Shown here: positions 13,192 to 25,535 of the stretch, piece by piece | Position numbering within the stretch: the stretch's first letter is position 1 | Layout of the letters: each line of letters opens with the position of its first letter | NCBI RefSeq assembly: GCF_009914755.1 | Contig: NC_060926.1 | DNA from: the human T2T-CHM13v2.0 reference genome, Homo sapiens | Strand: one strand, 5' to 3' | Length of the DNA: 64,000 nucleotides | Program-made: the position numbers and the translations under genes | Notes under the pieces: model-generated | What the model saw: only the letters and a program-made list of their open reading frames with translations | What the model was told of the DNA's origin: nothing | Database searches by the model: none

Positions 13192-13308
13192 ATTATTATT
13201 ATTTTGTTTGTTTGTTTGTTTGTTTGAGCAGCAGCAAGATTTAGTGTGAAGAGCGAAAGAGAACAAAGCTTCCACAGCGTGGAAGGGGACCCGAGCGGTT
13301 TGCCCAAG
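13192..13308 (-). mobile_element. Processed LTR12 (ERV9) 3' fragment with poly(A)-derived tail and TSD
   Basis: Minus strand ggcaaaccgctcgggtccccttccacgctgtggaagctttgttc...cactaaatcttgctgctgctca, then (AAAC)n(AAT)n; TSD gccatc(a/g)aggatt. Confidence 0.75.
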
Positions 13309-13472
13309 GCCATCGAGGATTTAACTAACAATGCAACCAGCACCATACACCACATAGATTATAGTCCATTAGGGGACTTTTCTCCTCGAAATTTCAATGA
13401 TTGAATATAGAATTTTGTGGTTTTCTTACATACAGAAACTAGAAGTCTAAAAGGAAAAAGAAGATAGGAAAA

Positions 13473-13842
13473 TGTATTAGTCCATTTTCATGCTGCTGAT
13501 AAAGACATACCCAAGAGTGGGCACTTTACAAAAGAAGGAGGTTCAATTGGACTTACAATTCCACAAGGTGGGGAAGCCTCACAATCATGGCTGAAGGCAA
13601 TGAGGAGCAGGTCACCTCTTACGTGGATGGCAGCAAGCAAAGAGAGAGCTTGTGCAAAAAAACTCCCATTTTTTAAAACCATCAGATCTCATGATACTCA
13701 TTCACTATCACAAGAACAGTGCAGGAAAGACCTGCCCCCATAAGTCAATCACCTCCGACTGGGATCCTCCCATAACACGTGGGAGTTGTGGGAGTTACAA
13801 TTCAAAATGAGATTTGGGTGAGGACACAGCCAAACCATATCA
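13473..13842 (-). mobile_element. THE1 (A/B-like) solo LTR
   Basis: tgtattagtccattttcatgctgctgataaagacatac...caaaccatatca; TSD GAAAA/GAAAG. Confidence 0.9.
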
Positions 13843-14330
13843 GAAAGTATAGTGCAGCAAATGTGCTGATATTCTTCTTGTTTGTTTATTCCCAATAGAC
13901 TCCTAATATGGTTGAATGTTAAGCATAGCAGACATTTAAAAAATTAAAGTTTGCTAGTTCTCTAAGGCCCCTGCTCACATAGACTTCCTTCATGCACAGT
14001 TGGGTCAGTTGATCCCTAACCCCTCTCACTCCCATCTTCTTCTATAAATGCATTCCTGTCTCAGCCCCTGGGAGATATCAGCCCCAGGAAGTCAGGGAGA
14101 ATTTAAAAACCATAATACAAAAGCCCAAGTTACATTAAAGTTAAGCAAAACCGAATCTTTAATTGTGGACAGAATTGATCCACAGAGGAATGGCTGAGCA
14201 GAACTGCAATTGATTGTTCTCAGGCTGCACACAATCTGCAGCCCTTGGTCTAAGACACTATCATTTCTCCTCTGGACCATTTCAGTGGCTCCCTAAGTGA
14301 CCTCCCTGACTTCACTCTTGCTTTCCTAAG

Positions 14331-14698
14331 TGATATGGCTTGTCTGTGTCCCCACCCAAATCTCATTTTGAATTGTAGTTCCTATAATCCCAGTGTGTCA
14401 TGGGAGGGACCTGGTGGGAGGTAACTGAATCATGGGGGCAGTTACCCTCATGCTGTTCTCATGATAGTGAGTGAGCTCTCAAGATATCTGATGGTTTTTT
14501 ATAAGAGGCTTTTCCCCTCTTTGCTTATTCTTGTCCTTCCTGCCATCATGTGAAGAAGGATGTGTTTGCTTCCCTTTCTGCCATGATTGTAAGTTCCCTG
14601 AGGCCTCCCAAGCCATGCTGAACTGAGTACACTGAACCTCTTTTCTTGATAAGTTACCTGGTATGTCTTTATTAGCAGCATGAGAATGGACTAATACA
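14331..14698 (+). mobile_element. THE1 (C-like) solo LTR inserted in an L2
   Basis: tgatatggc...gaatggactaataca with perfect 5-bp TSD CTAAG. Confidence 0.9.
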
Positions 14699-15262
14699 CT
14701 AAGTGTTTATTCTTCACACAACAGCCAGAGCAATTTTTTAAAAATTAAAAATAAAAATATTCTAGTTCCTTCATGCTTAGAATAAAAGTCAATATTTGGA
14801 CTGGCCAAGAAAGCTTTGCATCATCTGGACCCGTCCAGTTCTCTCAGACTCATATCCTGTGGTTTTCTCCTCCTTCTCTCCTCCTCAGCTGCCCTTATTC
14901 TCCAATATGCCAAACTCTTCCCTTTTGCATTCATTGCCTTCAGGCTTTCCGGTCCCTTTGCCTAGGATCTTCTCTTCCCAGATCATTGCATAGCTAACTT
15001 TTTGTCATTTGGGTCTACTCAAATATCACCAAGACACATGGAACATGGAATCTAACCACCTTACCTAAAACAGCACTCCCAACCCTAACCTCTTGTCCTA
15101 CTTTACCTTTCTTATCATGACAACTTGACCTGGCATTTATTTCTTGTCTGTCTCCTTCACTAGAATTTAAGCTCCTTGAGGGTAAGTGTGGTGTATTTTT
15201 AGCACATATCTAGATCTCCAGCTTCTAGAATAGTGTCTGTCACATAGTAAACAATTAATGAA
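14699..15262 (+). mobile_element. L2 3' region
   Basis: Pyrimidine-rich; ends ...ctagaatagtgtctgtcacatagtaaacaattaatgaat. Confidence 0.6.
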
Positions 15263-15457
15263 TGTATAGGACAGTAGTGAAAGCTGACCATAAAATAATA
15301 ACTTATTTATTAATTAATAATGTTTGCAGTACAATGTTCACTAATATTGATAATGTTGTTATCATCTTATTACCCCTCAGGAGTGCCACTAAAACATTTG
15401 ATATTCAAAACAAGCACAAAGGGTGTCTAAATTGGTCTACAATCTCAAAAATATTGA

Positions 15458-15812
15458 GATTAGTCTGTTTTGGCTGTTACAACAAAACCATAGTTATGGC
15501 TGTCATAACAAAATACCATGGGTGGCTTACAAACAACAAATATTTATTTCTCAAAGTTCAGGAGTCTGGGAAGTCCAAGATCAAGGCATTGGTAGATTCT
15601 GTGTCTGGTGAGGACTCACTACCTGGATCTTAGACAGCCATCTTCTTGTGTCATTGAGAGGGATCTCTCTGAGGTATCTTTTCCCATTCATGAGAGCTCT
15701 GCCCTTATGGCCTAAACACCTCCTAAAGGCCCCACTTACTAATACCATCACTTTAGGGATTTAGATTTCAATGTATTAATTTAGAGGGGACATAAACAGT
15801 CAGTCCATTGCA
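15458..15812 (-). mobile_element. MLT1A-like MaLR LTR
   Basis: ggctgtcataacaaaatacc...aagtccaagatcaaggc...ggggacataaacagtcagtccattgca. Confidence 0.75.
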
Positions 15813-18800
15813 ATCATTGACCAAAAAAGTTAGACAATCCGACATATTGTAAATAAATTCACATTAAATATACTATGCATTTGCATTAGCTTAATAGGTA
15901 TTTAAAATATACTATTTTTACATTCATGAAAATCACCAATGGAATTACATGACTATTAATAACCACTGATGAAAATCAGAGAAACACTTCTGTTGTAAGA
16001 TTTACAAATGTTTCCAAATCATAGAAAGAAAAAAATGTTAGCCTTCAATTCATAGTTTTCCTGTCAAAGGATATAAAACAGCACGGTAATTATATTCTGC
16101 AGATGTTATGTTAATAATTTTTCCATTGCATATAAATTCAGTCTGGGGGGAGATAAAGTAGGGAATTGATATATTTTTCCATATTCAGTGGGATTAATAC
16201 ACAAAGAAGTTTAAAACGTGTTCTGCTATACTGCAGATACTCTCAGAGCTAATTCCCAAAGAAAGTAAAAACTGATGGCCTTTGTAGCCTGATAATATCA
16301 TAAGTGACAAATTCCTGTGAACGATTTACATTCTTGATTTTAACTGCTTTTCTTCTTTTCCTGCCTATAACTTAAAAGAGCACAATCAAAAAAAAATCCA
16401 TTACTGATGCTGCAGGATAAATTAGTTGCATGTTAATACTAACTCAGTCTTCTCCAACTTATAAAATAAAGGAAGAGAAGTTATTATAAGTCATGCTGGT
16501 CCTTATGAGGTCTCTTGCAAATAAATCAGTTTTCTAGAAAGTTCATCTTTTTTCTTTTGCTTCAGACATCACCTACGTTTAGGCAATAATTTTGCCTTTT
16601 CAAGCTGTACATAGCTGAATAAGGTGTCTTCATATCCCTGAGATAAGTGCTTTCTATAAGTATTCAGCACAGTATCCTCGTTTAAGTATTCAAAGAATAC
16701 TTTTGTCTTCCAAGTAATACTTCTCCGCCATGGACAGGTCACATTCTTGTTTCAGTACTTACTCTCATTTAATTCCCTTTAAAGATCTTTCTTTGAAATG
16801 GCTTTCTTGGGGCAAAAATAACCCTAAAAGACAGTTAATGCCAGGAAAACAACATGACAAAGAAAATGAAGAAATAGGCATTGTCATATGGTTTGGATTT
16901 TGGGTTTTTTTTCTTCTGTAGCATTTTTTACTTATTTTTCCAGTTTTCTTTCCAGCAGTTTTCAAACACTCAGAGATGAATCTAGTTTTCTTGATTTATG
17001 CTGTAGCTTTTCTCAAGAATAAAAAAGGGTGACTTTATCTTGAGACCCTTCTTTGTAAGGCAGAGTCTTTCCTACTTATGGAATTCTAACTACTTGATAA
17101 TGAACAAGGGTTGGCCCTAAAACCCTAAGTACCCCAAGAAGAAAATTCATTTCTAAAACTGAAACTAACATACAACTGAAGACTGAATACACCTTTAAAC
17201 GTTCATTGCAACTTTAAGTAAATCAAGTGCTAATATTGGGGAGACATGCAGGCTTGACTTCACATGTTTTTCCAGGAAAAATTAAGAAGTTTAAAAGGAC
17301 GGATTAGTATATATTTTCACACAAATCTAAATCATAACTCTCATTTCATACATTTGCTCTTAGAAAAATAAGAGATAGAAAAAGTATATTTTAGAATCTT
17401 CAGGAGAGATTCAAAATTTAACATTTTCATATTAATTCTCAAACAAGACCACGTTCTAACGTTACCCCCAAGAAAAGAAAACCCTTTCATAAATTTCTCA
17501 GAAAATAAAGTCCTTAACTCTCCCAGGCAAGTGGACAGCATGAATTTTTGTTGTTGTTGCTGTTGTTGTTGTTTTTTAGTTTGTTCTAAATCAGGTTCCC
17601 TTGTTTGATATCAGGCACCTGGGCTCCTGTGGCTCCTAACTTCCTATTGGGTTTTACCAGTAAAGTCATTCTAAGGTAAATTGTTGTTTTACAAAGTAGT
17701 GAAACCCTATCTCAGCTACAAACATGCTGAAATACACACAAACTCTCCATCTCTAAGCAAACGACAATCCCAGCTGTTTCTGCCTGTGATCCCAATCCTA
17801 GTGGCCAAGCACGCCTCCTTTGAAGTGGAGAGCACCTCTGCCGACCTGCATTTTGCTAACTTTGCACTGTTTCTCTAAGCCTGACCCCTGAACTGATTGT
17901 CTGATGACTAATTCACATGCTAAGAGCAAGGTATATCAGTATCACTGACCTGCCTGCATTTGTCATTAAGGGTTTGTAGTAAAAAGAAAGATGAAAGAGA
18001 AAGGTGTAATATTAGACCATCAGCCAAACATATTATGAGTGTGTTTTGAAAATGTGACTTATAAGAGAAATGGGCAACTCATTTTAAATAATTCTTTCAA
18101 GCAGTTATGTAGAAGGCATATATATAGCGCTATATCAAAGAAATATATACATTTTTATTTATAACTTCCTTAAGTTTTATTTTTCTTTTTCAAACTAGTA
18201 GCTAATGTTAGAAGTCTACCTTATACACGAACAACATGACTGCTATATGTTTCAAAATCATATAAAAATAATATAAAGATTAATTCTTAAGCAGTGCGTG
18301 CATCTGAAACTAACCTGTCCTCCCACCACTATGACCATCACCAAAGTTGCCTAACAGAAATCGTAAAAAAGCTGGTATAGAGATGCTTCTGATTGAAAAA
18401 GCCAAGTAGCTTGTTAACTCAATTGCCACATTTTGTGAGTTGCTAAGATAACATTCTATCTTAAATGTATATGATATGCAGAAGACAAAAAAAATCTTTT
18501 TTTACTTCTCATTACAGGAAATAATTTCATTGTGTCATTTTGTCCACAAAATTTGTGTTCTATTAATGCTGTGAAAGATAGTCTGTTGAAACATCTTGGC
18601 AAACGCTGCAATGAAATTCTTTAAAGAAATTGTGAGGGGTCTAAATGTGGATAATGGGTCTTTGAACAGACTCTGAAGACCCATTTCCATAGACTGGACC
18701 AATTCTTTTAGAGTGATACATAATAAGAAGTCAAATAAAAGGGGAGGGGCAAAATGAGAAGATTAAAAAGAGTAAAAGATTAAAAGAGGGAAAGAATATA

Positions 18801-21210
18801 AGGAAAATTCAAAAGCGGAAAAGATCAAAAAGGGGATTAGCCATGTTACTTGTTGTTTTTCAGAAATTAAAAAAGTATGGTGGATAAGGAATTTGTTTCC
18901 TTTTGGCCCAAGAAAAATGCCAATTATGGTAGCTAAACTGCCCGGATCACATATCAGCATGCTTTGGAAATGTGAGAAATGGATGGGAAATATAAACACA
19001 AAGCAATAGCGTACAGTTATGTTATGAATTAAGCCAGAAAAATATCAAGATTTAGTCACTGAATAAGCTGCCAAGGTTAATTTTCCCTGATAAACTTGAG
19101 CAAGATCAGAAAAGAAGCGATAGCACTATAGTCTCATGTTTTATATAACACCCCCACTGCTTTCTAGAATCAAATTCTTCATTTTCTCAGGGAAAAATAA
19201 AAAAAAAAGCAGGCTAAGAGAACATAGTCAACAATAATAAATTCGTGACATTCCCTTTCATTTCTTGATTTTTATTTGATCAGTGCCCTGGGTTCTGAGT
19301 TTAGATCTCTGGCATAGTAAAATCAGAGCCAACTCTGCCATGTAGAGTCATTTAATGATGTTCTTTCTTTTTTAATTATACCATTTGGATACCAGAAATA
19401 ATCACTTAAATTCACTTTGGGTTATAGAAAGTGTTTCAGGTTGTATATATTAATCAACTTGATAAAACTAATTTTATACATCTTAAGGTAGAATATACAC
19501 TTTACCATTAAATATGTGTGTTTGTCAAACTGTTTTGTCTATTTTATCCTTGGTTGATTTATGGCATTTTGTCTTCATATTTTTTTCCGGTCCACATGTT
19601 TTCTTCTGGGTTTGGCTTTTTGTTGCCACTGTTGTTGCCTTCACTCCAGTTAATCTAAAACTAAACTCTTTCTTAATCACAGGTTTCTTTTAATTTTCAA
19701 ATATCTATGGCTTGAAAAATAATAAAATCAATGAATTTGAAACTGTAAAAGATAAGGCAGAGAAGCAGTCAATCATGAAAGAGGAGATAGAAAGAAAAAT
19801 TGAAAAGTTGTTAATTACATTAATGTCAAATGAATTCTGGTAGAAATTAGATTCAAATTCTAAATTTGAGTGAGATTATATTTAAAAATTGTCTACACCA
19901 TTTAGGTACTCTAGTAATATATTTAATATACTCTTTGTCAAACATCCAGGGGTATGGAGACCACCAATGCCATTTAATGGGACTTTGAATAGCATTTAAT
20001 AGCATCTCATTCTGCCACTTCTTTTATGAACTATGTAACATTTTTTCTAAATCCAGGTGCTTTTAGTTTCATTCAGATTTCTCTTAAAGGAACATAGTAC
20101 ACAACAGAATCCAGAAAAGCACATGAATTTTATCTTAATTGCCTCCTTTGTCAGCAGTCAAAAAGAGCAGGCTGTCAGCTTCTGAGGTTGGGTCACTATA
20201 AACAAACAACTTAGGTCAGGAGCCACAATAGATACTTCCCCTCCTGCTGTCTCCATCCTGTGTGCACTTTGGTGGAATGGGTAGTGGTGGGAGCCAACAC
20301 GGCTCAACGCTAAGGGGAAAAGGATGGTAAGCTACTGACCAGGGCGGGGAGTCAACTGAAAAAAGAGTTACTTGCCCCAGCAACCCCACTTCTGGGAATC
20401 TATCCTATGGAACTAAAAGCACCAAGGTGGAAGGAGATATTTTATATATATATATAGTTTATTGCAGTATATTTACATTTACTCACTAGCAAATGGTGTA
20501 ATGAATTATGACAGACCCACCCTCTGCAATATTGTTAAGCAGGCTATTTATGATCTACTGATAGCAAAAAAATAAAGTTTTTATGAGCATAAGGAGTAAG
20601 TGGAAGGATACAATTAACACTGGGAGACTAGAGAGAGATAGGCAGACTCATAACTTTCTTTATATGCCTCTTTTCGATTTAGTCACAAGTAGTATAGAAT
20701 CAATTTGTACACATACACATATATATGTGTGTGTGTGTATATATATATATATAAATTATGTAAAGTATATTATATATGTAAAAAAAGGACTGTAAGGAGA
20801 TAATATATAAGTTTTGCCCCCTATCCATTTTTTCTTTTTTTGGAATCCTTTGTTCTAGAATGTAATTTTTTGAACCAACCCTTAGGGTATCTGAAAATGA
20901 TGAAGAGGAATAGGGAGAGGGTTTCCAAGTTGGCAAAGGAAACTGAAGTTGCAGAATATCTAGAGAATTAATGTTTCGGGAAGAAAAAACTCAGAATGCA
21001 AAAGCACTGAGGTAGAGGGTGTCTGGAGTGTTCAGAAATAGCAAGGAAGTCAGTGAGGTTAGAGCTGGGTGAAAGGAACGATTAGAACAAAACAGGTTAT
21101 AAAAGGACCCAGGGGCCAAATCATCCAAAATATTTTCAATTTTTTAAAACTGCAATTCAAAGTAAGAAAAATACTTTAGCATCATAAACAAGTCATCCCT
21201 ACATACACAT

Positions 21211-21212
<2 letters not shown>

Positions 21213-21248
<36 letters not shown>

Positions 21249-21249
21249 A
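21213..21249. repeat. (CA)n microsatellite
   Basis: Directly visible. Confidence 0.95.
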
Positions 21250-21963
21250 GATCATAAACCACAGTTTGAGAAACAATAAATTTTATTCTAAGTTTGAGAA
21301 AACATCACCGGAAGCAGAAGAGTTATAAGATTTGACTGGCGTTTAGAAGAATCACTCTGGCTGCTGTGTGGAAATAGACTAAAAGTAGGGTGGCAACAGA
21401 GAAAACAAAGATTCCGTTTGGGGGATATTGAGACAGCGGGCTAGCTAAGAGAGTGGTGGCTAGACTAGAATGTCAGCAGTGGAAACAATGAAAGGTGATT
21501 GGATTTAGCATGTATTTTTCATACAAAGCCACCAGAGCATACGGATAATTTAGATGTGTCATGTGAGAGAAGAAGTATCAGTAATGTCTCCTACAGGGGT
21601 ATGATCAACTGGGCGAACGGTGATGCCATTTACTTAAAAGAACAGCAACATAGTAACAGCAAATTGTAGCAAAGAGGGAATAAAGAGGTCTACTTGCCTT
21701 TCAGACACCCACTTGGAGAAGTTGAGTGGGTCCGTTTGAAGTTAGAATGGCCATGTGGCTTGCTTTGGTCAACGAAGTATGAGCAAAAGTAAAGTGTGTC
21801 ACTCTGGTGGAGATGTAAATTTGGATGATGTCACTATCTATCTGGCCAGCAAGTAAAGTCACAGAACAAACAGAAAGCTTTTAGGGCAGGATTTTTAAAC
21901 TGTGAATCTTGGCCCTTTTAATCAGTCCTGAAATGCATGTACGGGTCATGGCAGGCATTCTTT

Positions 21964-22091
21964 GAATGAAATGAAATGGATAGGATAGGATGGGATGGGA
22001 TGGAATAGAATAGAATAGAATAGAATAGAATAGAATAGAATAGAATAGAATAGAATAGGAATAGAATAGAACAGAATAGAACAAGAATAGA
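21964..22091. repeat. Compound pentanucleotide repeat (GAAAT/GGATA/GGGAT/GAATA)n
   Basis: gaaatgaaatggataggataggatgggatgggatggaatagaatagaatag... Confidence 0.93.
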
Positions 22092-23359
22092 TCAAAGGAC
22101 ACCACATGCACACTTAGCAAGAACTACACCCTTGTCCAAAAAAAAAACCATGCAACCAATTATTTGATCTTCTATTCACCTACATCTCATTTGACTTTCC
22201 AGTAGGTGATGGTTTACCATAACAGGATGGTTCATGTTGTATACATTTTCAGTTAAGACATAGGAATTGAATATAAATAGATAGAGAAAAATCCCTGGGT
22301 CACAACCTAAAGCTAGTCCTCCCTTCACTGTCCCTTTTCTACCTTGTTCTCTTTCTTTAGATGAGTTTATAAGCCATCTGGGATACATAATACTACAAGG
22401 ACCAAAAGGCCCATCCATGACCACTCAACCCATGGTTATTTTTGCATGTACTCAAGAATCTTGATGACGGTGTCATTTTTGTGTGTTTACATCCATACCT
22501 CCAGTCATATTTGTGTGCCTCCATTATTTGAAATCATAAAATTAACAAACCCAAATTTTCTTTCTCTTCTTTAAAATTCAGGTTTTATATATGAGATAGG
22601 AAAAAGAATGAAAGAATCTCCATGACTTCCATACATTTGAGTGGTTGCTAACTGTTATCTCCTATTATAATAAGATTCATATGAACAAGCACTTACATTC
22701 AAGTTAAATGACTTGAAATATTCAATCGACAACAAATATTTATGGAACAGCCATTAGGCTGCAGGAAAATTATCTCAGTTGTTTCTCATGACAACTTTTG
22801 GTGGGATAAATTAATGTCTCTATTTTATAGTTGAGAAAACCAAGACTTGTGCAGTTTAATAAGTTGCCTATTCAGCTAATCAGTGGGACTTGGGATTGCA
22901 AACCAGATCTTTTTGGAGTCAAGCCAAGCTGGTTCTTGTTACACTATTATCACAACAGCTTCCTCTAAGTGTGCTGTTGGCATTGTTTGTCAAAGGAAGA
23001 GATTGTAAGCACCCTACTTCATTGTCAAAAAGGGAGTGGTTAAGTCAATTATGGTACATTTAATCAATTAAACACTAATGCAAGAACAAGAACTATTTGA
23101 TATGATATAGAAAGGTCTCCAACATATGCTATGCAGAAATAAAATGACAAAATAAGCCAACGATCAAAAAAGACAGAATAGTGTTTATTGAACATTCTTA
23201 TTTCAGTAGCAAAAAAAGGTTATATACATATATCTACATACACACCACATATGCTTATACATGAAGAGAAAATTTTAAGTATGATATATGAGAGCCTGCT
23301 AACAGTGGCTGCCAATGGTGAGAAGGACTTGAGGGTCTAAGGTAAGAAATAACATTACT

Positions 23360-23727
23360 GGCCAGGCATGGTGGCTCACACCTGTAATCCCAGCACTGAG
23401 AGGCCAAGGCAGGTGCATCATTTGAGGCCAGGAGTTCAAGACCAGCCTGGCCTACATGGTGAAACCCCATCTCTACTAAAAATACAAAAAAAAAAAAATT
23501 AGCCTGGCATAGTGGTGTGTACTTGTAGTTCCAGCTACTCGGGAGGCTGAGGCAGAAGAATCACTTAAGCCCAGGAGGCGGTGTAGTGAGCTGAGATCAC
23601 GTCATTGCACTCCAGCCTGGGTGACAGAGTGAGACTCTGTCTCAAAAAAAAAAAAAAAAAAAAGAAAGAAAGAAAGAGAGAGAGAGAAGAAAAAGAAAGA
23701 AAGAAAGAAGAAAAGAAAAGAAAAGAA
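23360..23727 (+). mobile_element. AluS-type element with (A)n/(GAAA)n tail
   Basis: ggccaggcatggtggctcacacctgtaatcccagcact...gagactctgtctcaaaaa. Confidence 0.93.
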
Positions 23728-23766
23728 CTTATTACTTTTCATTGTTTCCTATGTGTGCTTCTAACC

Positions 23767-24172
23767 TGTGTGGTAGTCATGAGTGGCAGTTCAAATAATT
23801 TCAAATCTCTTCCCTGGCACATGGCAAGAATGCACTCCTCCCACCCCTTTTGAGGTTAGTCTGTGTGGCTTGTTTTGGTCAATAAAATGTGAGCAGATGT
23901 GAAATGTGTCATGTGTGGGTCAAAGTTTTAGGTATCAATGTCCAACTCACCACATTCCCTTCTTTTGTCCCAACCACAGTGAAAGCATGTGTAGAGATAA
24001 AGCTTTCATCAGCTGGGGTCCCTGAGTGACTATGATGAGCAAAGCTCCGCTGCCAACTCATATCAGACACATAGAATGAGAAATAATTCATGTTGTAAAT
24101 AATCCTTAGTGAAGCCACTAACATTTGGAGTTGTTTGTTTTGGCAGCATCACCCAGCCTATCCTGCCTGATA
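23767..24172 (+). mobile_element. MLT1I/J-like MaLR LTR
   Basis: tgtggtag...gtggcttgttttggtcaataaaatgtgagcag...cagcctatcctgcctgata. Confidence 0.65.
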
Positions 24173-24188
24173 GAACATTACAAACCCA

Positions 24189-24446
24189 AGCCTGTAGTTC
24201 CAGTGCTTTTGGAGGTGAAGTGGGAGGATCATTTGAGGCCAGGAGTTAAAGACCAGCCTGGGCAACACAGCAAGATCCCATATCTACAAAACATTTAAAA
24301 AATTAGCGAGCATGGTGGCACGTGCCTGTAGTCCTAGCTACTTGGGAGGCTGAAGTAGAAGGATTGCTTGAGCCTGGGAATTTGAGGCTGCACTGAACCA
24401 AGATTGTGCCACTGTCCTTCAACTTGGTGACAGAGAGAGAACTTGC

Positions 24447-24545
<99 letters not shown>

Positions 24546-24697
24546 CTGGACATGGTGGCACACATCTGTAGCCCTAGGTACTCGAGAGGCTGAGGCAGGA
24601 GGATCACTTGAGCCCAAGAGTTCAAGGCTCCAGTGAGCCATGATCCTGCCACTGCATTCCAGCCTGGACAACAAAGTGAGACCCTGTCTCCAAAAAG
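24189..24697 (+). mobile_element. AluJ-like element + (CT)n(TA)n + extra Alu right monomer
   Basis: Truncated left arm and right arm to ~24446; (CT)n 24447-24502; (TA)n to 24542; then attagctggacatggtggc...accctgtctccaaaaa. Confidence 0.85.
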
Positions 24698-24894
24698 ATT
24701 TTTAAACAAAGAAATGCTAGGGAGTGCAAAGGAAATACAAATCTACAATTACATTGTAACATTTTCATACTTTTAAATGTTAAGGAAAAACATATGTTTT
24801 AAAATAATATGTCAGTTTATTTACTTATTAAGCAAATATTTATTGAGGACCAAATATGTCCCAAGCACTACAGGCACAGGGGAAATACCATTAA

Positions 24895-25153
<259 letters not shown>

Positions 25154-25333
25154 GATAAACAAGAGCCCCACTCTCACAGTTAACACAAATTAATAAGTAA
25201 GATGATATCAGGTAACGATGCAAGCTCTGATGGAAATAAAGTTCCATGATATTATCAGAAAGGACTGGGTGAGTAGTTGGTCAGAGAGGTTTCTGGGAAT
25301 AAATGGCTTAAGCTGATGGTTGCAATTACAATA

Positions 25334-25535
25334 CAGTGGACCCTTGAACAACATGGGTTTGAACTGCATGGGTCCACTTATCTGTGGATTTTTTTCAACC
25401 AAATGCAAATCAAAAATACAGTATTGCAGGATGGGAAGCCCACATATAGGAAAGGCCAACTTTTCCAATGCATGGGCTTGAGTTTGCATGGATATACTTG
25501 GGGGCTGAAGGGGGGCGTATACCGAGGGACAACTG
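25334..25535 (+). mobile_element. MER8-like Tigger (TcMar) non-autonomous DNA transposon
   Basis: ta|cagtggacccttgaacaacatgggtttgaactgc...taccgagggacaactg; terminal inverted repeats visible. Confidence 0.8.
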
